Source: Camelus dromedarius
Lineage: Eukaryota
DNA length: 64,000 bases
Direction: 5' to 3'
Assembly: GCF_036321535.1 (NCBI RefSeq)
Contig: NC_087447.1
Span: 32,614,001-32,678,000, forward strand
The notes under the pieces were generated by a model, which did not search any database, had not been told where the DNA came from, and saw only the letters and a list, made by a program, of their open reading frames with translations. Position numbers and translations under genes: made by a program. Of the stretch, positions 12,791 through 26,799 are shown in pieces; the stretch's first letter is position 1; every line of letters begins with the position of its first letter.

Positions 12791-13269
12791 TTTATTTTTG
12801 TGTATATGAGAACTAACAAAATGTTTTTAAAAATTACCTGGAGAATCAGTATTTCATTTTGATTGCTATTTTGCTCTTTCTCTACCCCTCAAATGCTATA
12901 GCATTTGCTTTTATTGGCCTTTGAATGGATGTGCAATATATGGTGTTGACTTATTGCAATGTTTGTAAGTTTCAGTTATAGAGTAAATTTACTTCTTTAT
13001 AATGCAGGTGCCAATGTACAAGGTCAATGGCCACATTACAGACTCCCCGTGTGAGAGCTATTAAATGGTAATATCCATCACTAAGTACAGTGGGAAATGA
13101 TTTGACCTTTCCTTGAATAGTAGTTACTGGATCAAATTACTTCAGTTTTAAAATAATTGCAGATCTCAGGTGCCCATTTAAGCCACTGCCTTCTGAATTC
13201 ACACTAATGCTTCATTCTCCTGTTTCCACTCTTGGTAATCTGAAGGAGCAACACACAGACTGTAAAAGC

Positions 13270-13428
13270 AGCATGTGGTGATGGGATGACAGAGGGTTAT
13301 GGGTTCAGATGATCTGAATTTAAATCCTGGTTCCTTTTCTGTTTTACTAATTGGATGGCATCCATCAAATTATTTCCCTATATCTCAGCACTAATGTAAA
13401 GGTTAAATGGAATAATGCATTTTTAGAA
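13270..13428 (+). mobile_element. MIR fragment, probably split by the following L1
   Basis: gcagcatgtggtgatggg...cagatgatctgaatttaaatcctggttcc; MIR-like tail reappears at ~16005-16055. Confidence 0.55.
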
Positions 13429-13429
13429 T

Positions 13430-16006
13430 GCTGCTGTTCAATATCAGTTCCAACATATGAAGAGTTTGGAAATCACCTCCGCAAATCTTTGCAACAAGAA
13501 AAAGTGAGACAAATTGAAAATCAATTAATTTTCTTGAATCCGTCAGAGAACTGAGATTGTTGGATAAACCTTCGCCCCCAAATCTAGAGAAATAGTCACA
13601 TCCAGAGAGTGCTAGGGGAAAAGGAAGAGTAATCATTGTGAAATATATCTAGAGCCTTTTCCACAGCAAATACCCACTCTTTAGTGGAAAGTACTATCCA
13701 GAACCTTATCTCCGTGGGGAAAGGAAATTCCTCTCCCACATGCCCCCTTTCAGCATTCTTATTTCAGCTAAGAGAGGAAAAAATACATTTTCAACAACAA
13801 TCAAGGCTTCATAAAAATAGATTGGTAATACTGCAGCCAGGGAAAGGAGTAGGGAGGAGGGGAGAATAAAAGCTATATCACTGGAGAAATAGTTACGAAG
13901 GTTAAAATGACACGATACAGACCCCCTAAAAGACTGAGATTTAATTTCAAGATTATAGAAAGTTCCCTCTCTACTACACTCCAGTACCATGCCAGGAAGT
14001 CTTCCATAAAATAATAGTGGGTTTCAGCTGAAAAGCTATGTTATGTCCATGAGGAGGAATTCTTAGAGAAGCCTGAAGTTAAGAGGAAAGTCAAAGAAAA
14101 AAAACAAGGTTACTAGAAGACTTGGAAGCTTCTGGAATCTATAGCGACAGGAAACATTAAGCACAGCCTAACACCTATTTATACTAACTAAATTATACTG
14201 AAAATCTATTACCTCTGTTTCTACTATCCAATACGATATGCCTGCCTTTCCAAAAAAAAAAAAAAAAAAAAAATTGCAAGGCACGCCAAAGGAGAAGAAG
14301 AAAAAGAAGGAGGAGAAAGGGGTCGGGGGAGAAAGGAAGGGTAGAGGAAGGAGAAACGACAGTCTGAAGAGACAAAGCAGTCATTGGAACCAAACTCAGA
14401 TATGATACAAATGTTGGAATTAACACACAGGGACTTTTAAGTAACTATTAATTCAGTAAGTGCTCTTATGGAAAAAGTAAGTAACATGTAAGAATAGATG
14501 AGTAATTTAAGCAGAAAGATTTAAAAAAAATCAAAGAAAAAAATCAATAGGAAATGGGAATTCTCCCAAATATGTAATGCTGGTGCAGCATTTGAAAGAC
14601 CATTAATGTAATTATTTAAGTCAACAGGCTAAAGAAGAAAAATCATATGATCATAGTAACAGATACAGAAAAAGCATTTGATAAACTTCAGCACCCAGTT
14701 ATGATGTAAAACTCTCAGCAAACCATACAGGGGAACTTCCTCAACCTGATAAAGAACATATTCAAAAAACCTGTAGCTAATATCATAGTTCATTGTGACA
14801 AACCTGAAGCTTCCCCAAAGGGATCAGGAAAAAGGCAAAGATGTCCTGTCTCATCACTGCTATTCAGCATCATGCTGGAAGTTCTGACTAATGCAGTAAG
14901 ACAAAAAAAAAAAAAAAGTAAAGGATATAGTGATTGGAAAGTAAGAAATAAAACTGTCTTTTTCTGTGGGCAACATGATTATTTATGTAGAATATCCTAA
15001 AGAATCAACAACAACAAAAAATCCTGTAATTAATAAGCAATTATAACAAGGTTGCAGGATGCAAGGTTAAAATACGAAAGTCAATTGTTTTCCTATATAC
15101 CAGTGATGACCAATTGAAAGTTAAAATTAAAAACACGGTATCATTTGTATTGATGCACGACACATTACTCCCTCAAATGAAATACTTAGCAAAAATACTT
15201 AGTATAAATCTAGCAAAATATAATAAAATTGTTTATGAAGAAAACTATAAAACTGATACAAAAATCAAAGATCTAAATAAATGGAAAGATATTTCATGTA
15301 CATGGATAAGAACACTCAATATTGTTAAGATGTCAGTTCTTCCAATTTGTTCTAAAGACTCAATAGAATTCCAATTAAAATCCTAGCAAGTTATTTTGTG
15401 CATATTGACAAACAATTCTAAAATATCTTTATTCATAATTGCCAAAATTTGGAAGCAACCAAGATGTTTTTCAATAGGTAAATTGATAAACTGTGATGCA
15501 CAGATAACAATGGAATATTATAAGGGATTACAAAAAGACATAGAGGAAACTTAAATGTGTATTGCTAAGCCAGTCTGAAAAGGCTGCACACTGCATGATT
15601 CCCACAATATGATATTTTAGAAAAGGCAAAACTATAAAGACAGTAAAAAGATCAGAGGTTACCAGAGGTTTGAAGGGAGGGAGGGAAGGATGAAATGGTA
15701 GAGAACAAGGTATTCTTAGGACAGTGAAACTATTCTGTATCAAACTGTAATGACGGGTGCATGACATTCATTATACATTTACTGCAACCCATAGAAATGT
15801 ACAGTACATGAACCCTGCTATAAACTATGGACCGTAGTTAATAATAATATACCATATTGGTTTATTAGCTGTAAAAAGTCCCATACTAATGTATAATCTT
15901 ACTAATAGAGGAAACTGGATGTGGGGTATATGGAAACTCTGTAACATCTTCACAACTTTTCTGTAAACCTAAAACTATTTTAAATTACAATGTTTATTTT
16001 AAAAAA
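13430..16006 (+). mobile_element. Ancient L1 (L1MC-like 3' end) with its 5' end and large internal deletions
   Basis: 5' region 13430-14550, ORF2 RT region 14557-15420 (KDLNKWKDISCTWIRTLNIVKMSVLP), L1MC-type 3'UTR 15420-16006 ending in an A-rich tail. Confidence 0.85.
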
Positions 16007-19000
16007 TACCCATGTTTTCAAGTTTAGTAGGTTTTCAAGAAGTATTAGTTCCCCTTTACCATACAGATTGTATCATACCTAACCTCAGTTCTATTCAGTA
16101 CATTTGCTGTTGTATTAAATGATTATGGAAGGGAATTTTCTAGTGAATTAAATGTAAAATTTAATAAAGTATAATTAGAGCGTATAAAGAGATGACAGAT
16201 TAAGTGTTTAATAATGGGCAGGTGAATGTCTTTTGAACGTAATTTAATTTTTTGATGATTCAGATGGCACTTGGGAATCTTTGAAAGTCTCTAAGTCAAC
16301 ATTATGAACATCAATTATTTCTGTGACAAGCATAAGTTCACTAATAGAGACCTCTTACTATGGGGATGCCAATTTTAATTTGCTTAGCAATATGTATTCA
16401 TCAAGAGAATTCCAGATTTTTTAAATTATACACATAAAAATCAAACAGCATTAAAAAAAAAAAAGGTTACCACTAGAACACTCTAGTTTGGAAGGCTAAC
16501 TGTGTTAGCTTTTCACTGTATTATTTAGTTGCCTGAACTAAAAGAGCTGAGCAAAAGATTTAATAACTAGAGATAGCTAGAAACAGATAAAAAGCCATTC
16601 TTGTCATCTTGAAAAACAAGGACACAGGCTTGCAGATTTTGCCCGAGTTTTACGTTGAAATATGCTAAGTCATGAGGGTGTTCTTTCCATTGCAAATAAC
16701 ATAGCAGGATTCCTCTGAATAGCTCAATGAGTAGGGTGAGAAAGCTCTTTGAACACTAGTTCCCTAGGATGTCTTGCTACTGTGTATGATAACCTAACAA
16801 GTGTTTATCTTTGCTATAATATAGGAACTCATATATTTTTCCAAAGAGAATTTCATTTTTTTTTCTTTCTGAATGCAGCAAGAGCACAAAAAGGAAGCTG
16901 TAGGTAGGGCATGAAATAAACTGGATAAGCACGAGGAATTAAGCCCATGTGAGAGCTAAGAGGATTACTTCTGCCATCTTTGAGACCTTCACAATCCAGA
17001 GAAATTTTCTTTGTGTGTTTGGAAGTAGGATTTCAGTTGAGAGGAAAACTGTCATAGAATTCTGCAAGACTGAGGGTAGGTAGGAAACTAGTAATATTTG
17101 AGATTGTGCTGACTTAATAGGACTTTTGTGAATGATAAAGAACCTTAACCAGTTTACCAAACTCAGTGCACGTGACCAAACACACTGATCCTATTGCCTG
17201 TATAATTATAATGATGCTAGGTTTCTCTTGTCTGTACCCCCAAACTCAGAGCTTCTATTAAATAGAAACAGATTATCTCACATCCCCAAGCCAAATATTT
17301 TTAGTCCTTTAGGATGCCTAGTTAAATGTGGAAGAATCAGAGGAGGTAGCCAGGAATTGAGTTTCTTCTAAAAACTCCAGTTATAGAAGGCTAGCTGCAT
17401 TTCTTTCAATAAAAAAACAAATAAGCAAACAAACAAAACTAAAGATCATCTCCTCCTTTAGCTAAGCAGAAAATCTATGATAGTTAATGTTCCTTTTTGC
17501 TCTAGATCATGCTCATCCTTATCCTTAGCCATCAGGAGCAACAAAACAACTTGCAGACATTTTGATGAGAGATCATTTCACCATAAAATGTTATTTAGAC
17601 ACAGAATTAAAATATAAAGTCTTTTTAGCTCAAAGGCAGTTAAGTGACTAACCATAAAACCAATGCTCTATGAACACACAGACACAAAATATAATTACAT
17701 CCTAGTCACTAAGCCAATATTTAAAACTATTAATAGCTCTTTCTTGGGCTCCCTTGCCATTTTAGATAAGGTCTGTATCTTCATCCAACTTAATGTTGCA
17801 AAAGCTAGTCAATTCAACAAATTACTAAGACCCTTTCCTTACTGCTCTCGTTGAGGGTTTGACACTGTTTATATTTTAAGCCTATTTAAATTAACACCAA
17901 AAAAATAAAACCTTACTGTAACTGTACAATCAGTTTTTGCTTATTTTTCCCAATTCTCTTGGATTCCAGCTTAAAAATCCCTTGAAATTCAGCCATCGGT
18001 GGATATATTTGGTAGCCACTTTTTCCCTAAATATTCCATAATGGGCCTCCTTATTTTCTTTTAATTTGTTTTAGGGCTTCTTCCTATGGAATATCTGTGC
18101 TAAGAAAGATAATAGTTATTTTTGATGGGAGAATATATGCTTGGAGATTTTCTTTTTGCATGTCCCATTAGTCTAGCTAATTGTTTTAGGAAATTCTAGC
18201 TAATTTTTAATGTCTTGGCTACAGATTCTTACGGGCTGGAAAAGAATCTATATCTCATTAAATTTTTAAATAATCCATTTTACTTTTAAAATTTCAATAG
18301 TCCAAAAAATTTGGGTCTACAAAAATGAGATACTGGTTTGCACTCCAAAAAATCAAGATGGTGATTCAATGTTTGAGGGTTCTATTTTGCATAAATATAA
18401 TAAAGAATTTTATAATATTATTTATAATAAATTATATTTAACATATAATATAAACAAATATAATAACAATGATTCTGGAAAGTTTGCACATTAAAACCCC
18501 TCCCTCTTGCTGGACATTGATGAGACAGGGTTTCTGTGATTTATATTAAACTCGATCAAAAAGAACAGTTTTGAAAAGAGCTTGAATACTGTCTCTGTAA
18601 TTTCTTGTAACTTCAGATGTAAAAAACAATTTCCCAGCTTCAACGAATGGACATTGACTTTGATTTTTGTTGTTATTGCTGTTACTTTAAGATTCTCAAG
18701 AGTTCACAACTTCTAGGTTTCACATTATTGCATCCATCATCCTTATTTGCAATTATGTGTTTACAAGTTGCCTCTCTGGATTATAAGATGAACAATAAAC
18801 ATTACTTGAGCAGAACCAAGCTTTCATGGCCTGAAGGATTTTAGTGCAGTTTAAGAACTGCCACGTAGCTCTAAAACCATTGTCAAGGTACTGACCAGGA
18901 AATCTAGCTTACCAAGTCTTCAACAAACGAAGTCTAGGAATATAGAAGTTTCAATAAAATGTTACACTTTTAAACAAGATGTTCCTCTCTCATGTACTCT

Positions 19001-19156
19001 AGAAAGTACTTATCAAGGACTAATGTAATCGTTAAGAAAACACAGCATGTCCTCTAAATAACACCATTTTTGTGAGGCAGATTCTGCAAAAGTCAACCCC
19101 AGCTTTTGAAAGCAATGTGTGTAATTTAAGCAATCAAGTATTGCTTACTGCAGTTC

Positions 19157-19161
19157 CCTTC

Positions 19162-19248
<87 letters not shown>

Positions 19249-19259
19249 TTCTTTCTTTT

Positions 19260-19307
<48 letters not shown>

Positions 19308-19342
19308 TTCTTTTCTTTTCTTTTCTTTTCTTTCTTTCTTTC
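19157..19342. repeat. (CTTT)n compound microsatellite derived from an L1 poly(A) tail
   Basis: Direct reading; abuts the L1 3' end at ~19345. Confidence 0.95.
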
Positions 19343-20431
19343 TTATTGAAGTATATTCAGTTTACAATCTTGGGTCAATTTCTGGTGTACAGCATGTTTC
19401 AGTCATACATATACATACATTTATTTGTTTTCATATTCTTTTTCATTATAGATTACTACAAGATATTGAATATAGTTCCCTGTGCTATACAGTATAAACT
19501 TGTTGTTTATTTATGTCATATATAGTAGTTACTATCTGCAAATCTCAGACTCCCAATTTATCCCTTCCCACCCCCATTTCCCTGGTAACCATAAGTTTGT
19601 TTTCTATGTCTGTGAGTCTGTTTCTGTTTTGTAAATAAGTTCATTTGTCTTTTTTTTTAAGATTCCACATATAAGTGGTATCATATGATATTTTTCTTTC
19701 TCTTTCTGGCTTACTTCACTTAGTATGATGATCTCCAGGTCCATCCATGTTGCTGTCATTGACATTATTTTATTATTTTTTATGGCTGAGTAGTATTCCA
19801 TTGTATAAATATACTACAGCATCTTTATCCAGTCATCTGTGAATGGACATTTAGGTTTTTCCATGTCTTGGCTATTGTAAATAGTACTGCTATGTACATT
19901 GGGGTGCATGTTTCTTTTTTAATTAAAGTTCCCTCTTGATATATGCCCAGGAGTAGGATTGCTGCATCATATAGTAAGTCTATTTTTAGTCTTTTGAGGA
20001 ATCTCCATACTGTTTTCCATAACTGCTGCACCAAACTACATTCTCACCAACAGTGTAGGCAGGTTTCCTTTACTTCACACCCTCTCCAGCACCTATTATT
20101 TGTGGACTTTTGAATGATGGCCATTCTGACTGGTGTGAGGTGATACCTTATTGTAGTTTTGATTAGCATTTATCTGATAATTAGTGATGTTGAGCATTTT
20201 TTTCACATGCCTTTTGCCATTTGTATGTCTTCCTTGGAGAATTGCTTGTTTATGTCTTCTGCCCATTTTTGGTCTGGGTTGTATTTTTTTTATTATTAAC
20301 TTATATAAGCTGTTTATATATTCTGGAAATTAAGCATAATACTCAACAGTGAAAAGTTGAAAGCCTTCCCACCAAAATCCGGAACAAGACAAGGATGCCC
20401 ACTCTCACCACTTCTGTTCAATATAATATTG
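19157..20431 (-). mobile_element. Young 5'-truncated L1 with a 5' inversion (twin priming)
   Basis: Minus-strand 3' end and ORF2 C-terminus (MEYYSAIK...; ...LFTIAKTWK) up to 20335; plus-strand RT fragment 20333-20431; TSD gcttactgcagttc (19143-19156) / gcttattgcaattc (20432-20445). Confidence 0.9.
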
Positions 20432-20958
20432 GCTTATTGCAATTCTGATAGTGATTCTGCAGAGCTTCACCATAAGAAATGATCATTCCAGTCATCATGA
20501 ATCTTGGTCTTCTATATTTAAACCAGGAGTAGATTTTTATATGACTGTTACTCACAAGGTGAAATATATACTTGATGCAGCCTTTCTGGTGTTGGTACAG
20601 TTAATTCAGAAGATGGAGGAATAAGGCAGCTGGATAGTGCCTGCCTGCCTTCTTTTTTTCCCTCCTTTATTATTCCTCTTGAATCTTGAAGTATGTGTAT
20701 CATTTTCCTTCTCAGTTTGCATATTTGCCAGCTAGATAAAGTAAAAGTATTGGTTGTGGTTTATTTGGTTTGCTTTTATTCTGATGCTTACAGATGCTTA
20801 AAATGATAAGAATAAAGTTCAAAGCAGTGCTATGAAATCACTGAATGCTGAGTCTAACCTCATCTCAATGTCAATTCATGAAGAAATGAATAAAAATAAT
20901 TGTGGTATAGGAGGTCACCCTAACTTTAAATTTATTACTATTTTATTATTTTATATCT

Positions 20959-21362
20959 GTGTATCAGTCAGGGTTCCACAAGATAAATAGAATCAATAGG
21001 AAGTTTATATTAAAAAATTCATAGCAAGGTGTTGACTTACAGAACTGTGGGGACTGTCAAGCAAACTCTGAAATCTTCAAGTCAAGCTGTCAGGAAGGTC
21101 AGGCTAGAACTCTCTGGATGAGCTGAAGTTGCTATCCATAGGTGGGATTTCTTTTTGCTCAGGGAAACCTCAGCTCTGCTCTCCAGACCTATACAGATGA
21201 TCAAATTATGGACCAACCAGATTATCTACAATAAACTCCATTACTTAAAGTTAACTGATTAAGGACCTTAATCACATTTACAAAGTACCTTTATAGCAAC
21301 ACCTTGATTGACTAACTGGGGACTGTTGCCCAGCAGAGCTGACACAGAAAATGGACTGTCAC
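20959..21362 (-). mobile_element. MLT2-like ERVL LTR
   Basis: tgtatcagtcagggttcc...agaatcaatagg at one end and ...gagctgacacagaaaatggactgtca at the other, typical of MLT2. Confidence 0.75.
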
Positions 21363-21785
21363 CATTTGTGTTACAACATTCTTTATTTTTCCATACTAAT
21401 TTAATAATAATAGTTATATACTTTCCTAGTAAAATGAAAAATTGAAAATTCTGAATTGGTCTCAAAAATAATCTTGTGAATTTTCTACTGTTCCATAAAA
21501 GCCAAAAGTTTAGAAGCCACTACTGAAGCATGAGATCCTTCCTCACATTCCCTTTTCATGGATGGGGAGATATTGAGGCCCAAAGAGATATTCTATTAAT
21601 AAATCATGGGTAATGAATAATAATTTTTTTTCATGTGTTCTTAGGACTATTTGTGGCTTCTCCATTCTATTCTACGGGTCTGTTTGTCTAATCTTGTTCC
21701 AATATGATAGAATAATCATTATTTTTATGAAGTTTAATTTCCTAGTATATTGGCTTACCTTGTTACCTTTTAGGCTAAACCAGAT

Positions 21786-22400
21786 TGTATCAGTTTTCTT
21801 TTGCTGCATAACAGATTATGACAAACCTTATTATTTCACAGTTTCTGTGGGTGAGGAGTCTCAGTACAGAAACTCTCTTCAGGGTCTCACCAGGCTGAAA
21901 TCAAGGTGTAATCTGGGGCTGTGATATAACCTGGATTTGGGGACTTTCTTATAAATAAATCACTGGTTGTTGGTAGAATTTAGGTCCTGGCGGTTGTAGG
22001 ACTGAGGTCTTTGGCTTCTAGACCTGCCCACTGTTCCCTGAAATGTGGCTTTCCCTACAACATGGAAGAGTATTTCTTCAAGGCCAGCAGAAGAGAGTCG
22101 TTGATGGTTCTAATCATGTTAACTTCCTCTATCTCTGACTATTAAAACACCCTTTAATGGGCTTACCTGATTAGGTCAGGCTCACCAAGTATAATCTCTT
22201 GATTAGGTTAATAATAACAGATAAGGGGTCTTCAATGCATCTACAAAATCACTTCACCTTTGCCATATAATCTAATCAGGAGAGTGATATCCCATCATAT
22301 TCACAGGCTCTTGCCTACATTCAAGGAAAGGAGATTACATATTGTATGAACACAAGAGAACAGGAATCTTGGGGATCATTTTTAAATTTTACTCACCACA
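21786..22400 (-). mobile_element. MLT1-like MaLR LTR (MLT1E-like)
   Basis: tgtatcagttttcttttgctgcataaca...cagtttctgtgggtgagga...caaggtg...gcttacctgattaggtcaggc...tcaccaca. Confidence 0.8.
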
Positions 22401-23962
22401 CAGAGTCAATTACTTTCTTAATACTATCTTATTATTTATTTTAACTTGGGGTGAGTTGAAAGGAAGAGAAGGAAATTTAATTCATTTCATTCAATACATT
22501 TGGGAATGCACTGAACTGAATAAAATAGGTTAAAGTTGGGTTTATTAAAGCAATAATCACCACATATTATTATGTAATGGACTTTGTTCAACTAAGTCAG
22601 TGTGTAATGGAACCTAGATAGGATTAAACTAGAAAAAGTACAGAGATTTTTTTACAAGCTCTAGAGATAATCATAAGAAAATGGGATATAGATCACGGAG
22701 TGACAAATTTTGCATCATCTTAAGCTATGAAAGTGGGCAGATGGAGTTGCTAAAGGATATAGTCTTTTCTCACTTGGCTGCCATTCAAATACACAATTGC
22801 TCATTATGACTTTTTAAAAAAATACAATGAGGCTGAATCATGATTGAGGATAGAGCAACACTCAATTAGAATATGGGTGAGCTGCACTTGGCTCCAGGTT
22901 AAAGGTCAACAGTCCATGACTGTTTCATATCTGCCCTGCTTTCATCTTCTCCCCATAAGTACATTCACTAGAAAGCTAAATAGGCTTAAACATCAGGTCA
23001 GCCTACTTTCCCCCTTCCAAGGCCCCAGAGGCCTTCATGATACCTTCACACAGGTTATTAATTTACATAAAAGATGGACTCAGAAATTTGACCTGTGTCT
23101 TCAGAGAGAAAAAAAAAAGGGCTGAAAATAGATATGAAGTGCACCTATAAAGGGAAATAGTTTAAAATTTGAGTCTATAGCTAAAGCATCATCAGAATTA
23201 ACCTTATGCGGCAAATGTTACTTTCAGAGTTGTTTTCACATACATAATACCATGTCTTTCATCCAGAAACATGAAGTAGAGATGATTACAGAGATTCTGT
23301 GATATATTTGGTGATTGTTCAAGACCTCAAAGATGGAAACTCATGGCTTCTATCACTAAATGACCGTCTTCTTTCCACTCCTGAAATGAGTGGCATTCAT
23401 GGTCTCATAGTAAGAAATGAGAAAAGTAAAAAGAGTAAGGAGGGGATCAAGTAGAGAGTAGATTCTACAGAAGGCATTTCGGAACATCCTACCACTTGTT
23501 GCAGAGTGACTCTATGGCCGTTCTCACTGAAGGTGGGCTCATGGAAGCACTATCTCTGGGAGTTATACAAGAGTTAGGAGTGTTGCATCACCAAATTGAA
23601 AGAATAGAAGTGCTTAGAAGATGTGATCCAAAGCAGTATAAGTCGGGGAAAAGCAAAACAGCTTTGGAGGGGAGTTAAAGTCAAAGTTTGTAGCCTGGGA
23701 AATGGTGAAGAACACAAAGTCCAAAGGTCAAGACAAGACAGAAATGAGTCACTAAATATTAAGGCTGTATCAAGAAAGTTGGTAACAGGTGGGAATCCCG
23801 CATTAAGAAAAGCAAAGGAGCAGTTTCAGAAATAAGACTTCTGAGGTGACTGTGTGCTTGCACCGGCCTTTTATAGTGTGTGCAGGAGAAGGATGTAGTA
23901 GATGTTAAAGTGGCTTGAAGAGGCATTGTGGTTCAGTCAGTAACTACATATTTCTTTAGAAC

Positions 23963-24214
23963 AATAGCTTTCCAACTTTTTTTGAGTGGCATAACTATTT
24001 TGCAAATGATTCTTGTGCAGGAATCTAATATCTCTCTCTCTTTAGATAGATAGCTAACTAGATAGGTAGATAGATAAATAGATATATAAAAGGATAATTG
24101 ATCATATTTAGGTGGAGGTAGAATTCAGGGTTGTGCCAACCAGTCATCCAGCAAGGCCCTCAGCACTTTGGGATTCCCTGAATAGTAGGGCTTGCACCGT
24201 TTGCAAACTGCCTG
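23963..24214. mobile_element. hAT-Charlie MITE (MER103-like) containing a (TAGA)n tract
   Basis: Degenerate TIRs caatagctttccaact / gtttgcaaactgcctg. Confidence 0.4.
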
Positions 24215-24429
24215 TTACATTTTCTAAGACTTGTTCTTAGACCATGTCACATAACCAGAAAGCTTTCTATTTGGAGTTTATTAAATTGATTCCTAGTACA
24301 TCACTGAATAGTAATTTAATAAACCTTGAATGTTAATCAAAGATCAACATAGGAAGCAGCCATGAGAGGTATTTCTTTTTCTTCAGTAGAAATGAAATTG
24401 AAAACATTGTCCACTCCTTTCTTAATTTT

Positions 24430-24756
24430 GGGAAAAGATTTCATGGGATACATTAGTCAGGAGGTCACAAGGGGGAGCCCTCACACCCTGTGACAAGAGC
24501 AGAGTCCAGCAGGAAGTAGAAAGACTCCTCTTCTTTTCTGGCAATGACTCAACCAATACAAAGCCACAGACTGTTTCCTGTAGCCCCTCGGACTTCCTCT
24601 TCCCTTTCTCCTTCTCTTTCAGTGGGACAGGAGGGTGAGGGTTGTTGCACATGACTCGCCATGGTTACAGACTTGGAATTGCGATTCTCAGCTGATCTCA
24701 GGTAAACCCATCTTTGCTGGAGATAAAGCTTGCAGTCTACTTGTTTTAGGTCAACA
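24430..24756 (+). mobile_element. ERV1-class LTR fragment
   Basis: CCAAT-containing U3-like region and an LTR-like 3' end 'catctttgctggaga...gtctacttgttttaggtcaaca'. Confidence 0.55.
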
Positions 24757-24979
24757 AAAATAAGACTCAGGTTCTGGCTAGACCTTATTTTTCACATTTG
24801 TGATGAAAGGTATGATTTTATAGGCTCTAAGTACCCCTCAATTTCTTATGTTATTCTAAACAACTTGATGGTTAATTAAGATCTAACTTATTAGCGATTT
24901 TTATTCGGGAATTTACTTTTGATGAACTATTCTTTTTGTCAGGCTCTGCATGAGGTCCGTGAAAGTAGACATGACTTTG

Positions 24980-25660
24980 GTCACACTGCCATTTTCCTTG
25001 TCCCTCCTTCTGCTCTAGTCTTATTGGCCTCTTCCCGTTCTCAAACATGCCAAATTTATTTCTGTATCAAAGTCTCTCCACTTCCTCTTTCTACTCACAG
25101 ATCCACACTGACTGGCTCCTCCATCACTCTCCATCACCCCATGGTTCGCCACACAGTAAACACTCAACAAATACTTCTTGAGTAATCAGAAACATAAATA
25201 AACTTGAAAAGGAAGATTTAATTCCCAACATCAAGAGCTCACTATTTTGGGTAGAAACAAACTTATAAACAATAATGAAATAATATTCTAATTCCTGTAA
25301 TGAAGAGGTGAGACCAAGTGCTGTGAATACACAGAAGAAGTGATGTCTGTGCCAGAGAATTCAGAGCAAAGGCAATAATATTTGAGCTGAGTTTTGATGA
25401 CAAATAGAAGGTCACCAAACAGGGAAATAAGAGGATGCTATTTCACATGACAGGGAAAATGTGTCACAAAATACAGAATCAGAGGAAGAGTTTCCAGGGT
25501 AAGGAGAGAAGTAAAGTAACTGTGAGGTGCAAGAATGTGGAAACAATGCCAAACAAACAAACAAACAAACAAAAACCCTGGACTTTATTCTGAAACTGCT
25601 GAGGACTTTTGAAGAATTTTAAGTGAAGAAGAAATATGATTACATCCTTGGATAAAACAA
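24980..25660. mobile_element. L2 fragments in both orientations
   Basis: Plus-strand L2 tail 'cacacagtaaacactcaacaaatacttcttgag' (~25150-25185), then minus-strand L2 text 'atttgagctgagttttgatga'. Confidence 0.5.
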
Positions 25661-26799
25661 AACTAAACAAAAAATTGCTTGTGTAACAGCTGGAGAGAAC
25701 AAGAGAATGAGTCTCTTAGCCTCTTCTGAGGGAAGAGAAGCAGAATTTCAATCAGGGAAAATGTCCACTTGAAGCAAGGTTGAGAGCAGTTTGTACCATT
25801 TTTTTTTATGAACATACATACAATAAGCTTAAAAATATGAGCCACATAACAAGTTCAGATGACAATGATTACCAGTAAAAAAGTGTAAGGAAAGTGATGT
25901 CTCTAGTCAAAAAGGCAACTAGGAGCCATACGTTTTAGGTTTACCTACCCCAGTTCCCAAGCCCCGTCAGTAAAATCTTACCTTCCATATTCATTTTTAT
26001 GTCAAGTACTAGCTTCAAGTTTAGTGTTTCTGATGGAAACGCAGACAAGGCCTTATCTGTATGCTCACTAACAAGTTCTCCACAGTCCCCATGGTCTCAC
26101 ATGGCAATTGGAGTATTTATAAGGGGGAGAATGATTCCTTTTCCTTGCCGGTCACTAGTCGAGAGAATCTCTAACCTTCTAATTGCTCCCCAATATTTAC
26201 TCAAGGGATAATCATCATCAGATTAACTTTCAGTCATGCAATGTGTAATTAAAAATATAAAATCAATAAAATGTAATTGTGGCTGGCTCCATTAACAGTT
26301 TTTAAAACAGTTTAATAGCAATTGAATGAAAAGAGCCTTTTTTTTCGCATTTATATTTAACACGATTGTGACGGTTCTCTTCTAGAAAACCTATAATAAT
26401 TTATACATTGAATTGAACTGTCTGATAAAAGACTCATACAGCGATTACTTTTTTATAAAAGAAATTGTGCATAAAATAGTTCACAATGTTTTACTAACTT
26501 CCCCAGGATTTGTAGTGGCTTTTTAATGCAACCTCTATTCTAAGGCTGTTGTTTCCTGCAGGGTCACCTGTTTCTTCTATTCTGGAATGTTGATTCTGTC
26601 TCAGTTTTGGCAAGTCTTTAGGAATTTACTGAACTGGAACCAGAGTGATAGACCTTTGAAACATAAATCAGATAAGGTTACTGCCTTTAGTAAATATTCT
26701 CAATTGGCTTCCCATTATATTCAAAATAACATCCAATGTCCATAAAAGAGCCAATTGCAATACACTGGGTCTTTAAAAATTGCAAATGGAGTATGTGAA

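Noticed and set aside
18385..18470. AT-rich quasi-palindrome
   Set aside because: Low-complexity sequence with no perfect long inverted repeat.
19072..19497. 141-aa ORF rich in FLSF repeats
   Set aside because: Translation of the (CTTT)n microsatellite and antisense L1 3'UTR.
23490..23930. Possible ancient LTR or coding exon (two short overlapping ORFs)
   Set aside because: No recognisable protein motif or reliable family assignment by eye.
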